A stretch of DNA of 64,000 nucleotides. Source: Flavobacteriales bacterium. GTDB lineage: Bacteria > Bacteroidota > Bacteroidia > Flavobacteriales_D > Sanyastnellaceae. Below the pieces are notes generated by a model. It was given only the letters and a program-made list of their open reading frames with translations, had not been told where the DNA came from and ran no database searches. Both the position numbers and the translations under genes were made by a program. Location: positions 12,587-76,586 of the forward strand of contig JBMZAB010000005.1 in the NCBI GenBank assembly GCA_049610985.1. Reading direction: 5' to 3'. Shown here piece after piece: positions 35,995-45,448 of the stretch; position 1 is the stretch's first letter, and each line of letters starts with the position of its first letter.

Positions 35995-36876
35995 ATGACT
36001 CAGATTTTGGACGGCAAGGCCACCTCGTTGGCCATCGAAGCAGAATTGACCCAAGCAGTGGACGCCCGGATGGCGTCTAGACTCAAACGCCCGCACCTCG
36101 CGGCCATCCTGGTGGGCGACAACCCGGCAAGCCGGGCGTACGTGGGCCACAAAGTGAAGGCTTGCGCCAGAGTTGGCTTCGAGAGCACTTTGGTGGAGCA
36201 TCCAGCCGACATCACTCAAGAAGCCCTGCTGGACGCGGTCCATGCCCTGAACAACGATCTGTCCATCGACGGGTTCATCGTCCAACTCCCCCTCCCCGAT
36301 CACATCGACGACCAGGCTGTGCTGGAAGCGGTGCATCCCGACAAGGATGTGGACGGGTTCCACCCGGTCAACGCCGGGAAAATGGCGCTGGATTTGCCGT
36401 GTTTTTTGCCTGCGACCCCCAAAGGGATCGTGTCTTTGCTGGATCGCGCAGGAATTGACACCCAAGGCAAGCACGCAGTCATTCTGGGCCGCAGTTCCAT
36501 TGTGGGCACGCCCATGGCGTTGTTGCTTCGCCGCAATGGCGCGCCGGGCAACTGCACCGTGACCGTGTGCCACAGCCGGACCCAAAACCTTGCGGAGCAC
36601 ACACGTCGCGCCGACATCTTGGTGGCAGCCATTGGGCGGGCACACTTCGTCACCGCAGACATGGTGAAAGAAGACGCCGTTGTCATCGACGTGGGCATCA
36701 ACCGCATTGCCGATGCAAGCAAGAAATCGGGCAGCCGCCTCACAGGAGACGTCGACTTCGACAAGGTGGCGCCCAAATGCAGTTGGATCACCCCTGTCCC
36801 CGGCGGTGTGGGGCCCATGACCATTGCCTCCTTGATGGAGAACACCCTCAAGGCCTGCGCCCAAAAAGACGCATGA
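35995..36876 (+). CDS. folD: bifunctional methylenetetrahydrofolate dehydrogenase/cyclohydrolase
   Basis: ILDGKATS..., ...LAAILVGDNPASRAYV..K.KA..., ...GRSSIVGTPMA.LL... and ...TPVPGGVGPMTIA are canonical FolD blocks. Confidence 0.95.
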   Translation: MTQILDGKATSLAIEAELTQAVDARMASRLKRPHLAAILVGDNPASRAYVGHKVKACARVGFESTLVEHPADITQEALLDAVHALNNDLSIDGFIVQLPLPDHIDDQAVLEAVHPDKDVDGFHPVNAGKMALDLPCFLPATPKGIVSLLDRAGIDTQGKHAVILGRSSIVGTPMALLLRRNGAPGNCTVTVCHSRTQNLAEHTRRADILVAAIGRAHFVTADMVKEDAVVIDVGINRIADASKKSGSRLTGDVDFDKVAPKCSWITPVPGGVGPMTIASLMENTLKACAQKDA

Positions 36877-37964
36877 CCTGGTCGGCCCAAGACGTGCGTT
36901 GGATGACACGGGCCTTGGAATTGGCCGCACGCGGACGATTCACGACTTGGCCCAACCCCATGGTGGGCTGTGTGGTCGTCCGAGACTACAGCTTGCTCGC
37001 CGAAGGATGGCATCGGAAACATGGTGAAGGACATGCCGAGGTCAACGCGTTGGCCCAGCTTGATCCCGAATTGGACTTGTCCCAAGCGACGGCTTACGTC
37101 ACCCTCGAGCCGTGCAGCCACACAGGCAAGACCCCTCCATGTGCAGACCTGCTTGTGTCCCGCGGCGTGGGACGCGTGGTGGTGGCCATGACGGATCCCA
37201 ACCCAGTGGTCGCTGGCCAAGGCCTCGAACGTCTGCAACATGCGGGCGCAGCGTGCGAGGTTGGCTGCCTCGAACGGGAAGCCCTGAAATTGAACGCCCC
37301 CTTCGTGCATTGCATGACGTCACGGACACCCTGGGTCACTTTGAAATGGGCACAATCGCCGGATGGGTTCATGGACGGACGGACTTCGCCAGCCATCAGC
37401 GCCGGAGGGTGGGCAATCACAGGAGCCGCGAGCCGGCGCCGGACCCACAGGTTGCGTGCGAGGCACGACGCTCTGTTGGTGGGCATGCGCACGTGGCTCG
37501 TGGACAGCCCCTCGCTGACCACACGAGACGCACCTGGCCCCTCCCCGCGTCCACTCATCCTGACCCATGGTCAGACGACACGGCCTGCCAATGCCAAGGC
37601 CGCCTCTGATGGGGCTGACGTCCCGGTGTTGGTCCATCCTGCTTCCGGCGCCTCTGAACAAGCGTTGGACACCTGGCGCCGCGCGGGCTACGACACCTTG
37701 GCCATGAATCAATCTCCCATGACCCCTGCATGGTGGGCCGACTTGCGCACGGGGCTGCGTTGCGATGCCGTGTTGGTGGAAGGCGGTGCCCAAATCGCCC
37801 AGATGGCCCTGTCCACGTCCAGCTGGAACGAACTCCACGTGCTTCAAAGCCTGAAGCCCTTGGGCAAGGGGTTGGCTGCACCAAGCCTCCCCAAGTCTGC
37901 CCCCACGAAGCACCAGAGGTGCGGCGACGACGACGTGCGGATTTGGGAACAGACTTTGAGATGA
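36873..37964 (+). CDS. ribD: riboflavin biosynthesis deaminase/reductase
   Basis: The ATG at 36873 overlaps the folD stop (ATGA). Deaminase zinc motifs HAEVNAL and PCSHTGKTPPCAD are followed by a reductase-like C-terminal half. The track's start at 36567 is an out-of-gene extension inside folD. Confidence 0.9.
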   Translation: MTWSAQDVRWMTRALELAARGRFTTWPNPMVGCVVVRDYSLLAEGWHRKHGEGHAEVNALAQLDPELDLSQATAYVTLEPCSHTGKTPPCADLLVSRGVGRVVVAMTDPNPVVAGQGLERLQHAGAACEVGCLEREALKLNAPFVHCMTSRTPWVTLKWAQSPDGFMDGRTSPAISAGGWAITGAASRRRTHRLRARHDALLVGMRTWLVDSPSLTTRDAPGPSPRPLILTHGQTTRPANAKAASDGADVPVLVHPASGASEQALDTWRRAGYDTLAMNQSPMTPAWWADLRTGLRCDAVLVEGGAQIAQMALSTSSWNELHVLQSLKPLGKGLAAPSLPKSAPTKHQRCGDDDVRIWEQTLR

Positions 37965-38836
37965 CCGCATTCTTCATCACCATCGCCACCACTGTGACCA
38001 TCTACCTGCTTTTCGCGGGATTTGGCCGATGGGGAGTTCAAACCTCTTGGGCCATCACCTTGAATTATTTTGTGGCAGCTGGCCTCGGCTGGACGCTGGC
38101 TGGGGGTGTGCCCGCCATGGGCGATACGCTAGCAGCGCCTTGGATCGGACCTCTTTCGGCATTGGGACTGGCCTTTTACCCGCTTTTTCGACTCACGGCC
38201 AAATGCTCCCAAGAACTCGGCGTCTCTGTGGCCACCGTGGCGACCAAGTTGTCCATGGCCATCCCAGTTTTGGTGTTTGCATTGCACGACGGATGGGCGG
38301 AGCTGGGGTTGGGGCAATGGCTCGGGTTGGCCCTCGCTTTCCCCGCAGTTTGGCTCTCTGCCATGGATGGGGCGACCACCCGACCCACGGATCAAGGTCG
38401 CCTGAGCATGGCTTGGATGCCGGTGGTCATGTTTCTGGGATCAGGAACCATCGACACCATGTTTGGCTGGTACACCGACGACCCCTCTATGGATGCGCCA
38501 GGCATGCAGATGGCGTTCGCCTCTGTGCCATTCACCTTGGGCGGCGTGGTCGGGTTGATGGACCAATGGAGATCGGCTGCCCCGCGTCCTCGACGCAAAG
38601 ACATCCTTGCCGGGACGATGCTAGGGGTGGCCAATTTCGGCTCCTTGTTTTTCCTGCTTCGGGTTTTCGACGGGGGCCTGGTTCAGCGAAGCATGGTGGT
38701 CCCCATGCTCAACTTGAGTGTCATCGTGCTGGCCACGCTGGTGGGCGTGCTGGCTTTCAAAGACATTCCAGGAAGAAAAGCACGGTGGGGCGTGGCGGTG
38801 GCGGCCCTGGCGATTGGCGCCATGATGGCCTTGTGA
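37961..38836 (+). CDS. polytopic membrane protein (DMT/EamA-like)
   Basis: The ATG at 37961 overlaps the ribD stop (ATGA). 291 aa with about 10 hydrophobic helices. The family assignment is tentative. Confidence 0.6.
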   Translation: MTAFFITIATTVTIYLLFAGFGRWGVQTSWAITLNYFVAAGLGWTLAGGVPAMGDTLAAPWIGPLSALGLAFYPLFRLTAKCSQELGVSVATVATKLSMAIPVLVFALHDGWAELGLGQWLGLALAFPAVWLSAMDGATTRPTDQGRLSMAWMPVVMFLGSGTIDTMFGWYTDDPSMDAPGMQMAFASVPFTLGGVVGLMDQWRSAAPRPRRKDILAGTMLGVANFGSLFFLLRVFDGGLVQRSMVVPMLNLSVIVLATLVGVLAFKDIPGRKARWGVAVAALAIGAMMAL

Positions 38837-38843
38837 CGGAATC

Positions 38844-41213
38844 TTACTCCCCGCCTCCGGCGTTGTTCAGCTCGGCGTCGCGCCGCGCACGTTGCATGGG
38901 GTTCTCACCTCCTGCCGCGTAGCGGCTGTAGCCACGGCTTCCTTTGTAGGCTTCGAACCGGGTCGGCTCGGGACGCGGAGGCCACACGTTGTTGCCCATG
39001 TCCACGTCGGCTGTTTCCATGTACGGATCGAGCATGATGCGAACAGCCGGCTGCTCCGTCACGAACACCTTGGTGACGGTGGGCTCACTCATTTTCCAGA
39101 TCTCCGCAGGGATGTGGCGGATGTCGCGGCTTCCGTCTTCGAATTCGAATTCCACAATCAACGGCATCACCAAACCACCCACGTTGCGGAACGTGATTTC
39201 GTAATACTGCTTGCCGCTTTCCAACAGGGTGCGGTCCTCTTCGCTGAGCCCGTCGAGAACCTCTTGGCCCTCCTGACGGTCCAACTCCAGAACTTCGTAT
39301 TTGCCTGTGGTCGTGTAGTAGTCGTTCAATGTGGGGTCCGCCTCGAGGTAAGATTGCGGCACGCCTCCATTGGCGTTGCGGAGTTGCGTGATGTCCTCAG
39401 GTTGACGTGCATCCGAAGCTTCGCGGAAGGCCACCTCCACATCCGGATTTTGGGAATCCATCTGCATCCACTTGATGTCCTCCATGGCGATGTCCACGTG
39501 GTCGATGGTGTAGAACCATCCCCTCCAGAACCAATCCAAGTCCACCCCGGACGCATCCTCCATGGTGCGGAAGAAGTCCGCCGGAGAAGGATGCTTGAAC
39601 GCCCAGCGTCGGCTGTACTCCTTGAAGGCGTGGTCGAAGAGGTCGCGCCCCATCACCGTCTCTCGCAAGATGTTCAAGGCTGTGGCCGGCTTGCCGTATG
39701 CGTTGTTGCCAAACTGGTAGATGGACTCGGAGTTGGTCATGATCGGGCTGATGCGCGTCTTGTCGCCGCCCATGTATTCCCGGATGTTCCGGGCACTTCC
39801 GCGGCGTGAGGGGTAATCCCGGTCGAACTCCTTCTCGGTCAAGAACTGCACAAACGTGTTCAGCCCCTCGTCCATCCACGTCCATTGACGCTCATCCGAG
39901 TTGATGATCATCGGGAAGAAGTTGTGGCCCACCTCGTGGATGATCACGCTGATCATGCCATGCTTGGTGCGTGCGCTGTACGTGCCGTCCTCTGCCGGAC
40001 GACCGCCGTTGAAGCAGATCATCGGGTACTCCATGCCGATCCATTTGGTGTGCACGGAAATGGCCACAGGGTACGGGTAATCGATGGTGAACTTGCTGTA
40101 GGTCTTCAGCGTTTGAGCCACGGCCTTCGTGCTGTACTGTTCCCACAAGGGGTTGCCCTCCTTGGGGTAGTAGCTCATGGCCAAAGGCGACTTGTTGCCC
40201 ACTTTCACGGCCATGGCGTCCCAGATGAACTTCCGGCTGGACGCCCAACCGAAGTCACGGACATTCTTGGCGTCGAACACCCAGGTCTTCTCGCCGTCGG
40301 CATGGGTCTTCTCGGTCTCTCGAGCTTCTTCCTCGGTGACGATGAGCACCGGCTGGTCATATTCCGACTTGGCCTGCTCGTAGCGGCGACGCTGCTGCGA
40401 CGTCAACACACTCTTCGCATTGCTCAACGTGCCTGTAGACGCCACGACGTGGTCGGAAGGCACGGTCAATTCCACATGGTAGTCGCCAAAGTTCAAAGTG
40501 AATTCGCCGCTGCCCAAGAACTGCTTGTTCTGCCACCCGTCGTTGTCACAGTACACCACCATGCGTGGGTAGAACTGCGCAATGGTGTAGATGTAGTTGT
40601 CTTCTTCCTCGAAGTACTCAAATCCGCTGCGGCCACCGTCTTTCATACGATCGTTGATGTTGTACCACCAATCGATGCTGAACTTGAACTGGCTGCCAGG
40701 TTTCAAGGGGCGGGCCAAATCGATTCGCATCATCGTCTTGTTCACCGTGTAATCCAGAGCTTTGCCTGCAGCATCCACCACCTTCTCAATTTTGAATCCA
40801 CCGTCGAACGTGGGTTCCAACTTGCGCAACTCGTCGAAGGTCGCACGGTCTTCCAACGACGATTCCCGGATTTTGTAACTGTCGCTGTCGAGTGCACGCA
40901 TGTTCTGATCCAACTGCAACCACAGGTAACGCAACTCGTCTGGGCTGTTGTTGGTGTAGGTGATGGTCTCAGAACCGTCGATCCGCTGGGTCTTGTCGTC
41001 CAAGTGGATCTTCATGTTGTAGTCCGCCTTCTGCTGCCAGTACTCGTGTCCAGGGGCGCCCGACGCCGTGCGGTACACGTTGGGGGTGGGAAGGTCTTGA
41101 CCCAACTGCCGAAATGCGTTGGTGTTCACACGCTGGGGAGTCTCCTGCTGGGCCCATGTCCCAGCTGCCATCACGCAGCTCAAGGCTGCCGCCATCCAAA
41201 TTCTCATGGTCAT
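38844..41213 (-). CDS. M1-family zinc metallopeptidase (aminopeptidase N-like)
   Basis: Signal MTMRIWMAAALSCVMAAGTWAQQ and gluzincin motif HEVGHNFF-x-WMDEG (HExxH + E). Confidence 0.9.
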   Translation of the reverse strand: MTMRIWMAAALSCVMAAGTWAQQETPQRVNTNAFRQLGQDLPTPNVYRTASGAPGHEYWQQKADYNMKIHLDDKTQRIDGSETITYTNNSPDELRYLWLQLDQNMRALDSDSYKIRESSLEDRATFDELRKLEPTFDGGFKIEKVVDAAGKALDYTVNKTMMRIDLARPLKPGSQFKFSIDWWYNINDRMKDGGRSGFEYFEEEDNYIYTIAQFYPRMVVYCDNDGWQNKQFLGSGEFTLNFGDYHVELTVPSDHVVASTGTLSNAKSVLTSQQRRRYEQAKSEYDQPVLIVTEEEARETEKTHADGEKTWVFDAKNVRDFGWASSRKFIWDAMAVKVGNKSPLAMSYYPKEGNPLWEQYSTKAVAQTLKTYSKFTIDYPYPVAISVHTKWIGMEYPMICFNGGRPAEDGTYSARTKHGMISVIIHEVGHNFFPMIINSDERQWTWMDEGLNTFVQFLTEKEFDRDYPSRRGSARNIREYMGGDKTRISPIMTNSESIYQFGNNAYGKPATALNILRETVMGRDLFDHAFKEYSRRWAFKHPSPADFFRTMEDASGVDLDWFWRGWFYTIDHVDIAMEDIKWMQMDSQNPDVEVAFREASDARQPEDITQLRNANGGVPQSYLEADPTLNDYYTTTGKYEVLELDRQEGQEVLDGLSEEDRTLLESGKQYYEITFRNVGGLVMPLIVEFEFEDGSRDIRHIPAEIWKMSEPTVTKVFVTEQPAVRIMLDPYMETADVDMGNNVWPPRPEPTRFEAYKGSRGYSRYAAGGENPMQRARRDAELNNAGGGE

Positions 41214-41290
41214 CTTGATTTTCGGGTGCCCAAAATACGCCCGCTTGGTCGAATGACTGAGGTCTGGAAGGATTGTTGCAATTTGCTGAC

Positions 41291-42010
41291 ATGAATACGA
41301 ATCGCCTCTGCGTGTGTGCTTGTGTGATGGCTATGTTGGGGTGTCAACCCGACGCCAACACGCCCGACGGCAACGACGGCATTGACGTCCATCAAGGGCG
41401 CGTGATTCGGTACCTGGCCTTGGGTGACAGCTACACCATCGGCGAGGCCGTCACCCCCTCGGCCCGTTGGCCCAACCAACTCGTCGACGCACTGCGCCCA
41501 GGCCTGCATGACGGAGACAGCCTGGCGGCCGCACAGATTGTGGCAACCACCGGCTGGACGACGGCCGATTTGAAGCAAGGCATGGACGGTGCAGGGTTGG
41601 ACACGACGGCGTGGGATTTGGTGTCCCTTCTCATCGGGGTGAACAACCAATTCCAAGGCTTGCCCATCGAAGATTACGCCCAAGAATTTGACGCGTTGCT
41701 GGACGCGGCCATTGGCTTGGCGGGTGGCGACAAAGCGCGCGTGTTTGTGTTGAGCATTCCGGACTATGGGTACTCGCCCTTCGGACAAGCCAACCAACCG
41801 TCCATCAGCACCGCCCTCCAGGCCTTCAACGACACATGTCGGACTCGCACCTCGGCCAAGGGCGTTTCCCATTTCAACATCACCGACATTTCACAACAGT
41901 GGCCTGACACCCCAGGCTTGGTCGCCGTGGACGGGCTTCACCCAAGTGGGTTGCAGTACAGCTTGTGGGTGGACTCGTTTGCGGGGGAGGTCAAAGACAA
42001 GCTTGAATGA
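41291..42010 (+). CDS. SGNH/GDSL-family hydrolase lipoprotein
   Basis: Lipobox MNTNRLCVCACVMAMLGC, block I YLALGDSYTIGE, block III ...IGVNN..., block V ...DGLHPS. Confidence 0.8.
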   Translation: MNTNRLCVCACVMAMLGCQPDANTPDGNDGIDVHQGRVIRYLALGDSYTIGEAVTPSARWPNQLVDALRPGLHDGDSLAAAQIVATTGWTTADLKQGMDGAGLDTTAWDLVSLLIGVNNQFQGLPIEDYAQEFDALLDAAIGLAGGDKARVFVLSIPDYGYSPFGQANQPSISTALQAFNDTCRTRTSAKGVSHFNITDISQQWPDTPGLVAVDGLHPSGLQYSLWVDSFAGEVKDKLE

Positions 42011-42019
42011 CCGTGACGC

Positions 42020-42817
42020 TCAGCCGAGCGACGACTTGGCGCGGTCCCAGTACACATCCATCTCCGCAAGTTCCATGTCTGCAAGATCCTTTCCATCCCT
42101 GGAAACCGCTTGCTCCAGGTGCTGGAAACGGGCGATGAATCGACGTGTGGTGCGTTCCAAAGCTTCGTCAGGGTTGACGTCCAAGAACCGCGCGTAGTTG
42201 ATCATGGCGAACATCACGTCCCCAAATTCCTCGCCCACCCTTTCGGGGTTGACTGTGGGGGCGTTCAATTCCTCTTGGAGTTCGGTGAGCTCTTCTTGGA
42301 CCTTCGCCCACACTTGTCCGACGTGGTCCCAATCGAAGCCCACACCGCGAACCTTGTCTTGCACCCGGTACGCTTTCACCAAACTGGGAAGCGATCGGGG
42401 CACCCCTTCCAGCACAGACTTCTTGCCCTCCTTGAGCTTCAATTTCTCCCAATTGGCCTTGACTGTTTCCTCGTCGTTGGCCTCCACATCTCCGTAGATG
42501 TGGGGGTGGCGCTCCACAAGCTTGTCGCAAATGCTGTGGAGGGCGTCGGCGATGTCGTACCCACCCTGCTCCTTGGGCAATTCAGAGCCCAATTTGGCGT
42601 AGAACACCATGTGCAACAGGAGATCGCCGGTCTCTTTTTTGATTTCTTCCACGTCGGCGTCCAAAATCGCATCGGCCAACTCGTACGTTTCCTCGATTGT
42701 CAGGTGCCGCAACGACTCGAAGGTCTGCTTCCGATCCCACGGGCACTTTTCCCTCAGGTCGTCCATGATGTCCAACAATCGACCAAAAGCTTCGAGGTGT
42801 TGCGCGCGCTTGTTCAT
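42020..42817 (-). CDS. mazG: nucleoside triphosphate pyrophosphohydrolase
   Basis: Tandem MazG domains: ...CPWDRKQTFESLRHLTIEETYELADAI... and ...VQEELTELQEE...GEEFGDVMFAMINYARF. Confidence 0.9.
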   Translation of the reverse strand: MNKRAQHLEAFGRLLDIMDDLREKCPWDRKQTFESLRHLTIEETYELADAILDADVEEIKKETGDLLLHMVFYAKLGSELPKEQGGYDIADALHSICDKLVERHPHIYGDVEANDEETVKANWEKLKLKEGKKSVLEGVPRSLPSLVKAYRVQDKVRGVGFDWDHVGQVWAKVQEELTELQEELNAPTVNPERVGEEFGDVMFAMINYARFLDVNPDEALERTTRRFIARFQHLEQAVSRDGKDLADMELAEMDVYWDRAKSSLG

Positions 42818-42930
42818 GCGTCAAAGGTAGGCGCCGTGTGTGCCTCAGGTTGCACGTTTGGCCGGCGGGACGAACCAATTTTTCATCCGATTGTTGCACC
42901 TTCGAAATTGAAATCCGAAGCCGCTTTCTC

Positions 42931-43236
42931 ATGAACCTTCAAGACCTCGTGGGACAAATCAAGTCCCAGCCCCGACTCCTCATCCGCTTCCACGCCTCGT
43001 GGTGCGGTGTCTGCAAATTGTTGGCCCCACATGTGGAATCCCTGAAGCAAAACGACGCGTACGCCGATGTCACGTTTGTCGACGTGGATGTGGAAGAAAA
43101 CTTGGACGTGAAGGAGGCGTTCAAAATCAACGACCTCCCCTATTTCGCAGGATTCAAAGACGGCAAATTGCTGGAAGAATTTGCCACCGCGAAGAAGGAC
43201 CGCGTGACGGAACTCACCGACGCCGTCGCCTCATGA
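42931..43236 (+). CDS. thioredoxin-family protein
   Basis: 101 aa from the ATG at 42931, with redox motif WCGVC in LIRFHASWCGVCKLLAP. Confidence 0.85.
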   Translation: MNLQDLVGQIKSQPRLLIRFHASWCGVCKLLAPHVESLKQNDAYADVTFVDVDVEENLDVKEAFKINDLPYFAGFKDGKLLEEFATAKKDRVTELTDAVAS

Positions 43237-43472
43237 ACGCCGCCGAAATCCGGAAGCTCATCGCTGAGCACGACATGGCGGGACTCGACAAGCTCGAGCA
43301 AGAAGTCTACGCCTCCATGGACGACGAGGCCAACGACGTGTCCGTGTTGGGCGACACCCTGACCAACATCCTGGGCGCAAAGCGCGTGTTGGAGGAAGCC
43401 GAGAAACAGGGGGTGGAACCCAAAGTGGCGCTGCGCACCTTTTTCAAGGACGTCCGAGACATCATCGGCTGA
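43233..43472 (+). CDS. small hypothetical protein (79 aa), translationally coupled to thioredoxin
   Basis: The ATG at 43233 overlaps the thioredoxin stop (ATGA). Acidic and helical, with no motif recognised. Confidence 0.5.
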   Translation: MNAAEIRKLIAEHDMAGLDKLEQEVYASMDDEANDVSVLGDTLTNILGAKRVLEEAEKQGVEPKVALRTFFKDVRDIIG

Positions 43473-43480
43473 GGGCTCAT

Positions 43481-45394
43481 TCAGCAGGGCTCGCCGTACA
43501 CCGACAACAGCATCAGGAGGTCGACCGACGTCACCTCCCCGTCTTCATTGAGGTCCGCGGGACACACATCCTCAACCGCCCCCATCAGACAAGTCCCGTC
43601 GTCCAACGTGGCTGCCGGGTCGTAATTCTCCGCGCCCGTCCATGTGCATCCTGAGCACCCCTCTGTGGTGCACGACCCGTCGTCCAGCAGCGCCTCCGGA
43701 TCGTAATTGCACGCGAGTTGGAAGGTGCACCCCGCACAAGACGCTCTTTCACAGCTGCCGTCGTCCACCAAGGCCAAGGGGTCGTAGTTGCAGGCAAAAT
43801 CGTACGTGCATCCTTCCGTCAACACGACCTCACCAGAAAACAGCCCCATGCCGTCCAGGGTGGTCCACCCCGCAAACCAAGGCTCAAGGACGGGATGAAA
43901 CGCCCCGTGGTAGGACGTCACTTCGAGCCTGTCGTCCGTCTGCAAGTAGTACGGTGTCACCGTTTGGCCTGCGGCTGGTCTCGGATCCAGTCCATCGACA
44001 AGCACACCGTCTGCGAGTGTGAAGTCTCCATCCTGGAGCACTTCCAACACCACGTTGCCGCTGTCGGACAGCCATCCCGAGAGTTCATCCTGGGCATCGT
44101 AATTTCCGTTGTAGCGACCTGGGATGACCTCACCCTCCCCACAAACCCGCCAATTGCGCAGGGTCAAGATGCCATACTGACTGGGCATGATGGCGTTGAA
44201 GCCGTCGCAAGACAAGTAATGTTGGATTTCAATCCCCGCGTCGCTCACCCCGTGCACAATGCTGTTCGTCCAATCGCCCCCTGGCAAGCTGTGGTAGCAC
44301 GCTGCATAATCGGCTCCGTTGGTCAACAGCGTGAGGTTGCTCATCGCCGGGGTGCAAAACGGTTCCGCGGTGGGGTCCATGTTGCTCTCCTCGAAGTCGT
44401 CGCCTTCCGCGTCGTACACAAAGCTGCGGCCTGGTGGGTTGCTGGCATGGGCCAACGCCGTGTCTTGAAGACCAAACCAATGTTGTCCCGCACCTTGCCA
44501 CCCCTGGTCGCTTTCAAACGCATCCTCCGCGTGGAACGCCGACATCACGCGCCGCACCTCCACCAAGCCTCCGAAAATGTGGAGACCATCGTCGGCCGAC
44601 GCCAGCAATTCAATGTGTTCCACCACCGTACCAGAACCGCAGGCTCCGAGCTGAAGCAGGTCCGTCTCGTGGCCATTGCCGCTCTGGTTCCATCCCAGGT
44701 TGGTGCTCCCATGGCGAATCGACAAGTGTCGCAAGATGCCCGAAGATCCGTGGGGGTCCTCGTTGCCGCCGTACACGTGACGCTGTTGTCCCGACACGTC
44801 GACCACACCTTCCAAGAGGTCCTCACCCGACCCCACACCTCCTGTGAAGGTCGGCGCATTGGCGAAGGAAAGATCGAGGTTCAGCGTGTTGGTTTGGGCG
44901 CCGCCGCACAAGGCCAAACCACCCCACATGCCCCGCACATCCAACCCCACTGAGCCGTCCAAAGGGTCTCCCAAAAAGGAAAATTGGATGGGGCAGTCAG
45001 CCGTGCCTTGGGCATCCAAGAACGCGCCCCTCGCCGCGATCAACGCCCCTGGCATGGTGCTGTAGCTCACGGTCTTGATGGAACCAAAAGCAAACGGAAT
45101 CTCCACCAGGCTCTCGCTCCGCCCCTGTCCCCCGGCGCCCAACACCACCGTGCCAGGCTCAACGCGAAGCGTGTCTCCAGCATTGATGAATACTTCTTCA
45201 AGAAGCACGTAGTGGTGGTCACAAGTCCACACTTGACTGCCCACTCCTGCACCGGCATTGTCCGTCACCCACACGGTGTCACGTTCCGACACGTTCGGGC
45301 ATCCGCACCCCTGTGCCACTCCTTCGCAAGGGGACGCACAGAGCCCCATCAAAAGGGACCAACACAACGCGAAAAGAAACCGGTACAAGGTCAA
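43481..45394 (-). CDS. secreted beta-helix-like protein with three ACNY modules and dockerin-like C-terminal tail
   Basis: Signal MTLYRFLFALCWSLLMGLCASPC. A central region with ...WGGLALCG..., ...YGGNEDPHGSSG... and ...ADDGLHIFGG... resembles a Bacteroidota surface-protein family. ACNY modules lie at 43589-43813. The tail is CPADLNEDGEVTSVDLLMLLSVYGEPC. Confidence 0.8.
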   Translation of the reverse strand: MTLYRFLFALCWSLLMGLCASPCEGVAQGCGCPNVSERDTVWVTDNAGAGVGSQVWTCDHHYVLLEEVFINAGDTLRVEPGTVVLGAGGQGRSESLVEIPFAFGSIKTVSYSTMPGALIAARGAFLDAQGTADCPIQFSFLGDPLDGSVGLDVRGMWGGLALCGGAQTNTLNLDLSFANAPTFTGGVGSGEDLLEGVVDVSGQQRHVYGGNEDPHGSSGILRHLSIRHGSTNLGWNQSGNGHETDLLQLGACGSGTVVEHIELLASADDGLHIFGGLVEVRRVMSAFHAEDAFESDQGWQGAGQHWFGLQDTALAHASNPPGRSFVYDAEGDDFEESNMDPTAEPFCTPAMSNLTLLTNGADYAACYHSLPGGDWTNSIVHGVSDAGIEIQHYLSCDGFNAIMPSQYGILTLRNWRVCGEGEVIPGRYNGNYDAQDELSGWLSDSGNVVLEVLQDGDFTLADGVLVDGLDPRPAAGQTVTPYYLQTDDRLEVTSYHGAFHPVLEPWFAGWTTLDGMGLFSGEVVLTEGCTYDFACNYDPLALVDDGSCERASCAGCTFQLACNYDPEALLDDGSCTTEGCSGCTWTGAENYDPAATLDDGTCLMGAVEDVCPADLNEDGEVTSVDLLMLLSVYGEPC

Positions 45395-45448
45395 TTGGTT
45401 TGAAACATAAACCTAGCTCAAAATGCCCGCATCCACTACCTTTGGACC

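Noticed and set aside
36567-36872. N-terminal extensions offered by the ORF track (ribD from 36567). Likewise 2410 for htrA, 37730 for the membrane protein, 42838/42999 for thioredoxin and the small ORF, 52679 for DUF5103, 53743 for the hydrolase, 59795 for the TBDR, 13126 for the sulfatase, 52905 for nqrA and 25184 for the T9SS protein.
   Set aside because: Each extension runs through the preceding gene in another frame. Internal ATG/GTG codons give proper signal peptides or conserved N-termini and classic ATGA/TGATG coupling.
39885-41294. 469-aa plus-strand ORF opposite the M1 peptidase. Similar long antisense ORFs occur at 28631-29530, 35776-36930, 43718-44953, 46770-47795, 49523-50728 and 60095-61381.
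   Set aside because: All lie antisense to genes with strong motif support and have His/Arg/Val/Gly-dominated translations with no recognisable domains.
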